Below are positions 54,620 to 63,891 of a DNA stretch of 64,000 nt, piece by piece. The position numbers and the translations under genes were made by a program. Origin of the DNA: a virus (lineage: Duplodnaviria > Caudoviricetes). Every line of letters begins with the position of its first letter. Position 1 is the stretch's first letter. The stretch lies in IMG/VR virus record IMGVR_UViG_3300013383_000002, positions 1-64,000 of that record; one strand, given 5' to 3'. A model generated the notes under the pieces. The model was given only the letters and a program-made list of their open reading frames with translations. It was not told the DNA's origin and did no database searches.

Positions 54620-55674
54620 TACACTTTTACTCTCTCCTTTACCAACTGACGGAAGATTTCCTCTCCTTCATCGACTGGGCTATCTTTTTTCTTCGTCAGA
54701 TTGCTTCTATCATAAACAAAAGAAAATTTACAATAATTTTTATATTTATTACAAATCTTCCAAAGTTTCTCAAAATATTCAGTACTGTCTGCTTTTTCTT
54801 CATTATCTAAACAAAGGATAATTTCTCTTGGGTGCGCGAACCGCATCAAAAGGTCGATTTGGTATTTATTGAACTGGCTGCCGCAAATGGCGACGGCACA
54901 GTTCGGCGTAGAGAAATTCTCAGACAAAAGAACGCTTTTTTCTGCCTCAAACACATAGCAAACGCCCCTCTCTTCAATATTCTTTTTGTTTTGAAAAAGT
55001 CCATATAGATTGAATGAAAGAGGATGAGAATACCAAGTTCCTTCAACTTGAATAGGCATATACTTGCCCACATTCTTAACCTCCCATTCATCAAGTGCGC
55101 GCCCTCTAATTCCAACCAATCTTCCATTTACATCAAAATGAGGTATAATAATTTTATTTTGGGTGGGTGAATAAAGTATCCCATATTTATCCATCGCTTG
55201 CGCAGTAATTCCATCTTCTAGCCATTCAACAGGATAATAATGTTGAAAAGTTTCAAGAACCTTAGGGGAAAACTCGGGGAGTTCGCGTCGAGACTTCTGT
55301 TCTACATATCTATCCTTATCACTTTTATATTTTGTTTTTAGTTCTTTTTCTTCGGCGAAATAAGACTGGTTATAGCTCTGAATAAAGCTATAAACATCTT
55401 GATACCAATCAAATACAATTTCGCGCGTCTCATACCAATGCTCAATGAATTGGAATATTGACATCGCGCCGCAAGAACTATAACAATAGAATAAATGTGT
55501 ATTCTTATAATAATAAAGCTTCCAGGAAGCTTCATCTACGTTTAGATTGTGGCAAGCTGTTTTACAGAGTAAAAAATCTCTTTTATCAATCCATGGAACG
55601 TCTAGCTTATCCAAAATCTTTTCAATATCTTCTGGTTCAAGACTTTCAATTATCTCTTTGTAATTGATTGCCAC
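54619..55674 (-). CDS. dnaG: DNA primase (DnaG-like)
   Basis: N-terminal CH...CxxC zinc domain, IIPH...GIRGR, TOPRIM FEAEKS and LDN. Confidence 0.8.
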   Translation of the reverse strand: MAINYKEIIESLEPEDIEKILDKLDVPWIDKRDFLLCKTACHNLNVDEASWKLYYYKNTHLFYCYSSCGAMSIFQFIEHWYETREIVFDWYQDVYSFIQSYNQSYFAEEKELKTKYKSDKDRYVEQKSRRELPEFSPKVLETFQHYYPVEWLEDGITAQAMDKYGILYSPTQNKIIIPHFDVNGRLVGIRGRALDEWEVKNVGKYMPIQVEGTWYSHPLSFNLYGLFQNKKNIEERGVCYVFEAEKSVLLSENFSTPNCAVAICGSQFNKYQIDLLMRFAHPREIILCLDNEEKADSTEYFEKLWKICNKYKNYCKFSFVYDRSNLTKKKDSPVDEGEEIFRQLVKERVKV

Positions 55675-57236
55675 TAGTTCTTTCCTTTCTTATTGATTTC
55701 TTTCAAAAATTCCAAGTCTTCTTCTGAGAGTTCCCAATCTACTGTATTGCGCGCTTCGTCTTCTGTAAGCTCTGGAATGGGGCGCATATATCTGTCGGTG
55801 GCAAACAAATCTCGTTTCCGAAGCGTTCCTGCGTTGAATTGGCTCCAAATTCTAACTTGCGTCCATCGACCAGAGCGAACTTTGAAGACATCGGTTACCA
55901 TATCAGGAATGATGCCTTGGTCGAGAACTCCATCTTGGGTTAGAATTTCAATTTCATCCTTGGTGGGTCGCGCGCAAATTACACCATTATCTGCTTTATT
56001 GATGGTCGCGCGACCACCAGCCAAGGAAGCTTCATTACGGATATCGGTATTATCATCCGCTTTGGCATTGACCTGAGTTGAGGTAAAAACACAGACATTT
56101 TGCTCAATCGCTAGGTCTTTGAGAGCAGTAGTCATCAATAAAAGCAGCTCGTCGTTACGGAGGCCGTGCCCACGAAATTCTTCAAGCAGTTTTGGAGAAA
56201 TAAAAATATAATCATAGAAAACATAACGGCTTCCGTAAAGAATCACTTGTTCACGTACTATATTTTTGATTTGTTCAATTGAGGGGTCTGGAATTCTCAT
56301 TAGTTTTAGTGTTTTATAATGCTTGATAATTTTGCGCGCGACCTCTATTCTTTCTAATTCGTCTTTTGAGAAATCACCATAACGAAAGCGGCTTCTTTCA
56401 ATTCCGGTCAAATATCCTAAAACCATTTGGATAATTTGCTCTGGTTTTTGCTCTGTCATAATAAAAAGAACGGGTTCCGTATTACCTATTCTAACCCATT
56501 CTCTCCTATAATCGTCATAATAAAATGGAAAAGCCAATCGGCAGGCATCTGCCACCGCCTGAGCTGACTTTCCTCCGCCACTCCCGCTACTACGAATAGT
56601 TAGCGCGCCAAGTTCCGCGCCATTTATAATATGAGAAAAAATGTCGCCATTTACTGGAAGTCCAATACCTTCTGACGCGCCAAAACTATCAATTACATCA
56701 TCCACTTCTTCTTCCAAATTCCATGATTGAATTTCGTCATTCTCATTATAATTTTGTTCGAGTTTCAGAATTTTGGATTTGACTTGTTGAAGAATTTTTT
56801 CAATAGTCAGTTCTTCAAAATTTTTATTGACTTCAAATGCTTCTGGTCTTGTTTCATCCTCAATAAAAAACTCGCTAGTGTCAACGCCCATTTTTTGAAG
56901 AGAATTCAACAAGCTAATTTTTTTTAGACGTCGATAGTAGAGGAGAAAATTATCTTCATCTGTATAATACTGCGCGTCTTGAAGATACTCAATACCATGA
57001 GCCGTGTCAAACGTAACTCGCGCGGACGTATTATTCTTCAAGTAGCCTTCAATATCAATAGGAGCAATACGAGTCGCGCCATTTCGATAAAGACCATCAA
57101 TCGCAGCGAAAATATACTTGTCAAGTTTTGTTTGAAAGTCATCTGGTGTCAAAATATATTTATCTGTATGACTGAGATATTGTGGCTTTGCCATAAGTGC
57201 GCCAAGAACCTGAAGCACTGTATTTTTATCTGTCAT
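55674..57236 (-). CDS. dnaB: replicative DNA helicase (DnaB-like)
   Basis: SGSGGGKS, MTEQ, FYDYI, TSTQVN, NKAD, KVRSG. Confidence 0.85.
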   Translation of the reverse strand: MTDKNTVLQVLGALMAKPQYLSHTDKYILTPDDFQTKLDKYIFAAIDGLYRNGATRIAPIDIEGYLKNNTSARVTFDTAHGIEYLQDAQYYTDEDNFLLYYRRLKKISLLNSLQKMGVDTSEFFIEDETRPEAFEVNKNFEELTIEKILQQVKSKILKLEQNYNENDEIQSWNLEEEVDDVIDSFGASEGIGLPVNGDIFSHIINGAELGALTIRSSGSGGGKSAQAVADACRLAFPFYYDDYRREWVRIGNTEPVLFIMTEQKPEQIIQMVLGYLTGIERSRFRYGDFSKDELERIEVARKIIKHYKTLKLMRIPDPSIEQIKNIVREQVILYGSRYVFYDYIFISPKLLEEFRGHGLRNDELLLLMTTALKDLAIEQNVCVFTSTQVNAKADDNTDIRNEASLAGGRATINKADNGVICARPTKDEIEILTQDGVLDQGIIPDMVTDVFKVRSGRWTQVRIWSQFNAGTLRKRDLFATDRYMRPIPELTEDEARNTVDWELSEEDLEFLKEINKKGKN

Positions 57237-57772
57237 CAAATGTCCTCCAAGTTCCATTTAGGTCTTGCTTTGGTTTTTTCTTTTTTGACCGCGCGAGCAG
57301 GCGCTTTCGCGCGAAGCTCTTCTCTACGCCTAATTTCATCTTCGATGGAGGCCACAATTCCACGATTCTCTTGTTCTTTGCGCGACCAGTACTCAGTGGA
57401 TTTAGAATAGACGTATGGAATAATTCCAAGTCCGCCGTAACTCTTTTCTCTATCCCCGTTTTGAATTTCGTAGAAATATTTTAGGGCAAAGTAACACCCC
57501 TTATACGTCCCCTTTTTCTCTGATTTGATAAAGGATTTGAAAAAAGCTTCACATTTGAAAAAATCATATTTGATTTTTAGGTCGTGCGCGAGATAGTCAT
57601 AAATGCGGTCGCGCCATTGCTCATCTTCATTTAGGTTTGCTTTTTTCCAGTTATCATAACAAGTTTTATGGTAATAATAATTCTTTGCAGGCATCACATA
57701 AACGGTGTCCAATCCATCGAGCTGGGCATCAAAATACTGTCCGCATAGTCGGCATTTGACTTCGTGTTTCAC
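57236..57772 (-). CDS. hypothetical zinc-binding protein (possible helicase loader or replication accessory)
   Basis: CRLC...HKTC; GTG start at 57772 with GGAG RBS, downstream of a promoter. Confidence 0.55.
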   Translation of the reverse strand: MKHEVKCRLCGQYFDAQLDGLDTVYVMPAKNYYYHKTCYDNWKKANLNEDEQWRDRIYDYLAHDLKIKYDFFKCEAFFKSFIKSEKKGTYKGCYFALKYFYEIQNGDREKSYGGLGIIPYVYSKSTEYWSRKEQENRGIVASIEDEIRRREELRAKAPARAVKKEKTKARPKWNLEDI

Positions 57773-57803
57773 TCTATCAACTCCAATTCTTTTCCTTTCT
57801 AAT

Positions 57804-57832
57804 ATTATATCATAAATTTCGTAAAAATACAA
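57804..57832 (-). promoter_or_regulatory. sigma-A-type promoter
   Basis: TTGTAT, 17 bp, TG-n-TATAAT. Confidence 0.7.
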
Positions 57833-57835
57833 ATT

Positions 57836-57864
57836 CAGAGGCATAGTTTTACACTATGCCCCTG
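57836..57864 (-). terminator. hairpin, probable terminator after the AAA ATPase gene
   Basis: GGCATAGT...ACTATGCC stem. Confidence 0.6.
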
Positions 57865-57877
57865 AACGTATATCTAT

Positions 57878-60800
57878 TTAGTTCATGCTATCGCGTAGGT
57901 CACGAAGGTCGAGAAGGGCCAAGTATAGGAGGTCTACTTGGTCTTCGGTAACTTCTGAAAGTTTTATCTTTCGGCCAAAAATCATTTCAACCTTCTTAGA
58001 CATCGTGCGAACGATATCAGCTTTTTCGTCATCCGTTTGTGCTTTATTGACAAGCGAAGTCCAGATTTCACGAGCTTCACTCATAGTGGCGTTGAAGTCA
58101 TGCTTTTCATTAGTGATAATTGGAGCATTGTCAACAACTCGCGCACCATTTTGTTCTTCCATGTCAATTGCCTTGGCGAGAGCGTCCTCAAATTCATGAA
58201 AACCAAAAGGAATACGTGGAGCAAGATATTTACAGTTTGTTATCATAAAGGCTTTTTATCCTCTATTTCTTATACTTCATTTCGTATAAGCTCAGCATAT
58301 CTTTTTATCCTTATGGGATATTTGGACTCGTGGGAGTTTTATTCATGAACAAACAAGACTCGAATTTCTCTTTTTTTCTTTTTAGAAAAAGGATTTTTTC
58401 ATTATAAAAACCATAATATAATTTTACACTATTTGTTTTATTGAAAGTGAAATAGTAAAGTGGAACAGTTGACCTTTTATCCCATCTTGAATGAATGATC
58501 GTTGGAATAATACCTAATTGCTCTTCCAAAATAGACATAATAATAGAAAGATTTTCTTTGGAAACACTTACTAAATTAGTTCTTATCGTATGTCCATCAT
58601 TCGGTTTATAGACACACCCATTTCCATCAAAATATCCATGAATAAAATCTAAATAATATTCTTTTGGAAGATTCAATGGAAATTTCATTTCATAGGTTTT
58701 TTTATTTGTAATTCCATAATTAGCAAGAAAACTGACATATTTTTTTGAAGAAAAAGTCAAACTAACTGAAGGGTGGCCGTCCTTCAAGTAATGATAAATT
58801 GGCCCATCAAACTCTATATACTTTTTGATTTTTTCTAAAACTTCTTCATCTTTTTCTGCCAAACCAATACTTATTCGATGTAAAGTTTTTCCTTCTGGAG
58901 ATTTACAAATATAACCATCTGCCGCGATGAACCCCATCAGCCAAGCTGTATCGTGGTTGATTTGAATGATTTTATCATCATTTATTTTATACTTTCTATT
59001 ATCAGTATTTTGTCGAGCTTCTTCGTGAGTTCTTATTCTAATGTTGTTTTCTTTCAAGATTTTTTTTAGACAAGCGTCACTTGTTCTATACTTTTTAGAG
59101 CATTTTGATAAAGATAGCCCGTTTGAGTAATCTTTGATAAAATCCTCAATAACTCCTTCTATTTCAACACGAGGTCTTTTTTTATGAGTTTTTTTTAATT
59201 CAAAACCGTTTTCTCTAAAAATTCGTCTAGTTAGGTCATAGCCATAACCTTCAAGCTTGCCAGCTTCGATAAGAGATAAATCTTTTTCATAGTAATTTGT
59301 TTTTATTCTTTGAATTACCTCTTCTGGCACCACTTTTTTATTTGCCATGTTATTTTCTCCTATGCGTTGCCCCTGACCAGTATTTTACCACTAGCCTTCA
59401 GGTCTGATTCCCATCTCAGGGTTCCAGCTTTTTTCCAAAATTTTATTGATAAATTACTTTACCATAGCTCTATTTCTAAAGCGGCTACCTGCTGTAACAG
59501 TGGGCGTTGAGCGCGTTAGAATCCAGCGTTCACTTTCCCCTTTTTCGTTCCAAGATTGAGTAATAACACCGATGATGTCAACACAATTTGTTATCGTAAA
59601 GTTTTTTATCTTTACTTCTTACTCTTGAATTTGAGTAAGTTCAGCATATCTTTTTTCCTCTACGTTAGAGGAATAGAGTCTCGTGGATTTTATATCATAA
59701 AAGGTCTTCATTATTTGATATTTTCTTTCCATATAAATGGAATTAGGAACATACAGAATTTCAAAAAGTTTTAGTATAGTTTCTTTTTTATAGACTTGCA
59801 TTGAATAAAAATGGTCGCCTTGACTCAAAGTTTTTGTGCTAGTAGACAGGGAAGTAATAATACCATACTTATTCAAAAGAACTTGACGCATCCATTCAAT
59901 AACTTCTTTTCTGGCACCACAAATATACCAATTATATTGATATTTTTTATAATTCGTCCAGATACAACCGTCGCCATCAAAGTATCCTCGGATATAAGAA
60001 ATAAAATATCGTTCGTCAAGAAAAGTAGGCGGGACCAAAGTAAAAGTTTTATGAGGAATTATTCCATAATGAGCTAAGTCTTGCTTGATAGTATAGCTAC
60101 AAACTCTAAGACGACTATACTCATGGCCTGAATTATTAGTATAGTGTTCTATCGGTCCTTCATAACTTAGTTCATCTTTTATTTTATATAATATTTCTTC
60201 ATCAGCTCGTTGGATGTCTATTGAGAAATGGTTTGAGCTTTTTGAAACGCCTCCATCAGATGCTAAAAAACCAAGAATGTAAGCCATATTGTGGGATTGA
60301 ACTTTGAAATAATCGTCATTGACATTATGTGCTCGGCATTCTTTCATGGCCTCTTGTCGATTACGAACTTTTACTCCCCATTTTTTCAGATATCTTTGAA
60401 TTGTTATTCCTGCGATTCCAACGTCTCGGCCGATAGCGTTGACCCCTCTTTTCAATACTGCATAATTATATACTATAAACTCTTTTTGTTCATCTGTGAA
60501 TGAAATAGGTTTACCCACGCTGGGTTCCTCCTTTATGTTTATCAATCTATGCGTTGCGCGTGTTAGAGCTTTTGCACCCTAACTTCCGCTCTGATTCCCA
60601 TCTCAGGGTTCCAGCTTTTTACTCTAATTTAGATATTTGTTACCAAATAAATGCCCCATTGAGGCCATTGACAATTTTTAGACAACGGTTATTGAGGTCG
60701 GGCTTCGCACTAATAAGCTTGCCCTCCTCGTCATAAGTCTCTTTCAAGTGACACGTCATGAGAAGGCCATATCTCATCATAGTAATTTTGCGGAGGGAAT

Positions 60801-62427
60801 TTTCAAATTCTTTCGACAGTTGAGCGTAACCTCCACCGAAGGGCACATCTCCGATCTTAGATACTCCATTCTGCGCGCAGATAAACTGCTCACAAAGGTC
60901 ATAAAGTCAATGTGTTATCGTAAAGGTTTTTTATCCTTTACTTCTTATACTTCATTTCGTATAAGTTCAGCATATCTTTTTTACCTCATCAAAGGTAATT
61001 CAGGCTCTTGGATAATTATTTCATAAGAGATAAGAATTTTTTATATTTTCTTTCCATATATAGGGAATCTTTTACATATAAAATATTGAAAATTTGTCTA
61101 GCTCTGTCTCCGTAATAAGTAATTTCATACCAGTCTCTATTATCGGACAATTTCCCTTTTACTGTTCTTAGAACCGTTTGTATATTATACTGGGTACTTA
61201 AAAAATCTCTCATCCATTGTATGATGTCTTTAGAAGCTCCTCCAATAAAAAAGCTAGGAGTATAATTATTTAAAACAATACATCCATCTCCATCAAAATA
61301 CCCTCTAATATAAGAAATACAATACTCAGGAAGAAGAAGCTCTGGCGGTTTTAATATAAAAGTTTTATTTGGAACAATTCCGTAGTGAGCTAAATCTTTT
61401 TTTATAGTAGAACTCCAAAAAGAAAGCTTCGCTATTTCTCTTTCTTTTTCTCCTTCTCCTACACAAGAATACACTTTTACTGGACGAGTATTTTTTAGTT
61501 CTCTATTTATATCTTCAAGAATTTTTTTATCATCAGCTTTTAACTGAATAAAGATACCGTTTTCTTTAGAAGAGACACTCCCGTCCGAAGCTAATAGCCC
61601 TAGTATATATGCCATATTATGAGATTGTGTTTTAAAATAATTATCATCAATAGTATACTTCCGTAAATTATCTTTTGATTCTACATAATTACGGATATAA
61701 ACACCATTTTCTTGAAGAATAGTTTTTACCGCTCTTTGACTAAGGCTAAAAGGCTTCCCACTAGGAACAAGTCCTTTTTTTAAGACTGTATAATTATAAA
61801 TTACTTTTTCTTGTATTTCTTTTGAAACATCTTTTTTATTTTGATGTTTAGCTTCTCTAATTTCAACATTATGAGATTTTAATAAATTACGGACAGTTTG
61901 TCTGTTACAATTATACTCTTTGGCTAAACTCATTAGAGAGTATTTTTCATTTACATATTTTTTATATATATCTTCCCAAAATTCTTCTAGTTTACTCAAC
62001 CGAGTCAACCTCCTATGTTTATATTATCTATGCGTTGCGCGTGTTAGAATTTTTACATTCTAACTTCCGCTCTGATTCCCATCTCAGGGTTCCAGCTTTT
62101 TACTGAAATAAAACTAATTTATTACTAAATTAGAGGACGCTTTTCCATCCCAATAGTATCAATGCAAATTGTCTGATATAGTTCTTTTGCTTGCGGTTTT
62201 TCAAGCTGTCGAAGAACAAGTTTCCACTCGCTCCAAGTGGTAATTGGCTGAACCATCGCATTGCTTTGAGCGTTGGTTCCAATCTCGGTCGCTATGATGA
62301 GAGCTTTGTCGCTTTGACAACAAAACTCCGTTTTACCAATCTTAGGCGCGCCTGCGAGAAGCAGATATTTTCCACGTAGATTTCTCGAGATTACATTCGG
62401 CTGTAAAGAAAGAATATCAATGCCCAT
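57878..62427 (-). CDS. AAA_24/Sak4-like P-loop ATPase (recombination), spliced: complement(join(57878..58232,59479..59583,60662..60907,62147..62427)), 328 aa
   Basis: GAPKIGKT, E.G, CIDTI, FGGGY, H.K, L|VDIIG and AGSRF|KYL all restored; exons total 987 nt in frame. Confidence 0.85.
58233..59478 (-). mobile_element. group I intron C in the AAA ATPase gene (1246 nt)
   Basis: P1 GCUU/GAGC; AAGCTGGAACCCTGAGATGGGAATCAG; P7 GCATA/TATGC; terminal G. Confidence 0.88.
58311..59348 (-). CDS. intron-encoded double-motif LAGLIDADG endonuclease
   Basis: WLMGFIAADG and FIHGYFDGNG; N-terminal HTH-like repeats. Confidence 0.9.
   Translation of the reverse strand: MANKKVVPEEVIQRIKTNYYEKDLSLIEAGKLEGYGYDLTRRIFRENGFELKKTHKKRPRVEIEGVIEDFIKDYSNGLSLSKCSKKYRTSDACLKKILKENNIRIRTHEEARQNTDNRKYKINDDKIIQINHDTAWLMGFIAADGYICKSPEGKTLHRISIGLAEKDEEVLEKIKKYIEFDGPIYHYLKDGHPSVSLTFSSKKYVSFLANYGITNKKTYEMKFPLNLPKEYYLDFIHGYFDGNGCVYKPNDGHTIRTNLVSVSKENLSIIMSILEEQLGIIPTIIHSRWDKRSTVPLYYFTFNKTNSVKLYYGFYNEKILFLKRKKEKFESCLFMNKTPTSPNIP
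59584..60661 (-). mobile_element. group I intron B in the AAA ATPase gene (1078 nt)
   Basis: P1 GCCU/GGGC, P10 CAAUG/UGUUG; same core; terminal G. Confidence 0.88.
59619..60545 (-). CDS. intron-encoded double-motif LAGLIDADG endonuclease
   Basis: YILGFLASDG and YIRGYFDGDG. Confidence 0.9.
   Translation of the reverse strand: MINIKEEPSVGKPISFTDEQKEFIVYNYAVLKRGVNAIGRDVGIAGITIQRYLKKWGVKVRNRQEAMKECRAHNVNDDYFKVQSHNMAYILGFLASDGGVSKSSNHFSIDIQRADEEILYKIKDELSYEGPIEHYTNNSGHEYSRLRVCSYTIKQDLAHYGIIPHKTFTLVPPTFLDERYFISYIRGYFDGDGCIWTNYKKYQYNWYICGARKEVIEWMRQVLLNKYGIITSLSTSTKTLSQGDHFYSMQVYKKETILKLFEILYVPNSIYMERKYQIMKTFYDIKSTRLYSSNVEEKRYAELTQIQE
60908..62146 (-). mobile_element. group I intron A in the AAA ATPase gene (1239 nt)
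   Basis: P1 GGGAU/GUCCU; same core; terminal G; join gives DTIGILYDLCE. Confidence 0.88.
61016..62008 (-). CDS. intron-encoded double-motif LAGLIDADG endonuclease
   Basis: YILGLLASDG and YIRGYFDGDG. Confidence 0.9.
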   Translation of the reverse strand: MTRLSKLEEFWEDIYKKYVNEKYSLMSLAKEYNCNRQTVRNLLKSHNVEIREAKHQNKKDVSKEIQEKVIYNYTVLKKGLVPSGKPFSLSQRAVKTILQENGVYIRNYVESKDNLRKYTIDDNYFKTQSHNMAYILGLLASDGSVSSKENGIFIQLKADDKKILEDINRELKNTRPVKVYSCVGEGEKEREIAKLSFWSSTIKKDLAHYGIVPNKTFILKPPELLLPEYCISYIRGYFDGDGCIVLNNYTPSFFIGGASKDIIQWMRDFLSTQYNIQTVLRTVKGKLSDNRDWYEITYYGDRARQIFNILYVKDSLYMERKYKKFLSLMK

Positions 62428-62444
62428 AATCTTCGCCTCCTAAA

Positions 62445-63362
62445 TTAGAAGCCTAGGTCGGCCCCAACGTTAGAAAGTGAACTGGTCTGCGCGGGCGCCT
62501 TGTGCGTGCTCTTCTTACCGGCGTCGGCCTTCATCTGGTCAAGACGAGCCTTACGTTCGCGCATTGCCTGAACAAGGTCATCCATATCATAAGCTGCGTC
62601 ACCCTCAAATGGCTCCTGAGAACCAGCGATTACAACCAGCTCCCTCACAGAGGTAGTCTTCATGCGCTCCTGCGGCTCACCAAAGCCAATCTGCTCAACA
62701 ATCTTTTCAGTAACAGAAGAGAAGTTGAGACGAACAGTTGCCTTGAAAGTCTTATCGGTTTCCCAATATTGTTCAATTGCCGCGACAACATTAGGATTGG
62801 TAGCATGTAGCTTCATAATATCTACCTTACCGCCATATTGAGGAACAATAGCAGTAATTTCAAGCTTCTTAGGGTCCAGTTCAATACCCTGCTCATCGAC
62901 CATTGGCTTGATATTAGAAATAGCAAACATAATGGTAAATTCACAAGAAGGCTTAAATTCACCAGTTGCCTTGTTTACAAAAGAGGCCTGAACACGGGGA
63001 GTGGAGACAAAACGACCATCCTGCGTGTAGAACTCATTCATTCTAAGGTTCGCGCCAGTGATACGAACACGATCTGCTTCCTCTCTACCAACAGCGGCGA
63101 CAGACTTATACTCCTTCATTACAGTTTCGATACTAGTATAAGCGGGGTTTAGTGCGCCGTCCTTCTTATACTTCTGAGAATAAAGAGAAACTGGAATTTG
63201 AAGCGTAACTTGTGCCCCATTGATTTCCTTGTCTACTTCAACAATAATTTCGCCGCCGACGGTTTCAACCTTCTGCCCATTCTTATCAAAAGAGCCATAC
63301 TTTAGATTAGTTTCTAGTAGAATACCCTCAATCTTACCTCTATTTTCAGCTTGCTTTAGCAT
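62445..63362 (-). CDS. putative single-stranded DNA-binding protein
   Basis: 305 aa, beta-rich, flexible tail ending DLGF; upstream of the Sak4-like ATPase. Confidence 0.5.
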   Translation of the reverse strand: MLKQAENRGKIEGILLETNLKYGSFDKNGQKVETVGGEIIVEVDKEINGAQVTLQIPVSLYSQKYKKDGALNPAYTSIETVMKEYKSVAAVGREEADRVRITGANLRMNEFYTQDGRFVSTPRVQASFVNKATGEFKPSCEFTIMFAISNIKPMVDEQGIELDPKKLEITAIVPQYGGKVDIMKLHATNPNVVAAIEQYWETDKTFKATVRLNFSSVTEKIVEQIGFGEPQERMKTTSVRELVVIAGSQEPFEGDAAYDMDDLVQAMRERKARLDQMKADAGKKSTHKAPAQTSSLSNVGADLGF

Positions 63363-63403
63363 TTATTTTCTCCTTTTCAAATAAAATTATTTTTGGCTCT
63401 TCA

Positions 63404-63432
63404 AATGGCGAGGCCGATAACGACCTCGCCTA
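63404..63432 (-). terminator. hairpin, probable terminator
   Basis: GGCGAGG...CCTCGCC stem. Confidence 0.6.
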
Positions 63433-63446
63433 TATGAATTCAATTC

Positions 63447-63698
63447 TTACTCAGCATCCTCAGAGGGAACAAAATTCTTGCCAGCGTCCGTTAGAACGGC
63501 GTAAGCAACAGGCTTCTCAGCACCCTCGACCTCTTCCTTCTCACGAACAACAAGACCCTTCTTCGTTAGGTCAAGAACATTCGCGCCGACAGAGCGAGCA
63601 GAACGACCAGTAGCATTAGCAAGCTCCTCAATAGAAACCTTGCCGCCGTTATTCTTCAGATACTCAAAAACCTCAGAACTCTTACTTGTTAGAACCAT
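63447..63698 (-). CDS. small winged-helix DNA-binding protein
   Basis: SIEELANATGRSARSV...LTKKGLV...LTDAG (MarR-like wHTH). Confidence 0.8.
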   Translation of the reverse strand: MVLTSKSSEVFEYLKNNGGKVSIEELANATGRSARSVGANVLDLTKKGLVVREKEEVEGAEKPVAYAVLTDAGKNFVPSEDAE

Positions 63699-63770
63699 TT
63701 CAATTACTCCTTTTATTATAAAAAAATATTTTTATTATAAACGAGACGCTGTCTCATTTATTACATTTAT

Positions 63771-63799
63771 ATTATACACGATTTTCTTTGTTTTGTCAA
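63771..63799 (-). promoter_or_regulatory. consensus sigma-A promoter
   Basis: TTGACA, 17 bp, TATAAT. Confidence 0.85.
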
Positions 63800-63862
63800 A
63801 AATTCAATCCAAAGTTTTTCGTGTATCAAAACGAGTTGTCTTTCAACTCATCTTGTGGTAAT

Positions 63863-63891
63863 ATTATACTCAAAATTCAAAGAAAAATCAA
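63863..63891 (-). promoter_or_regulatory. second tandem sigma-A-type promoter
   Basis: TTGATT, 17 bp, TATAAT. Confidence 0.65.

Noticed and set aside
246-63861. Many short antisense or alternate-frame ORFs in the track
   Set aside because: They overlap well-supported genes and lack RBSs or motifs
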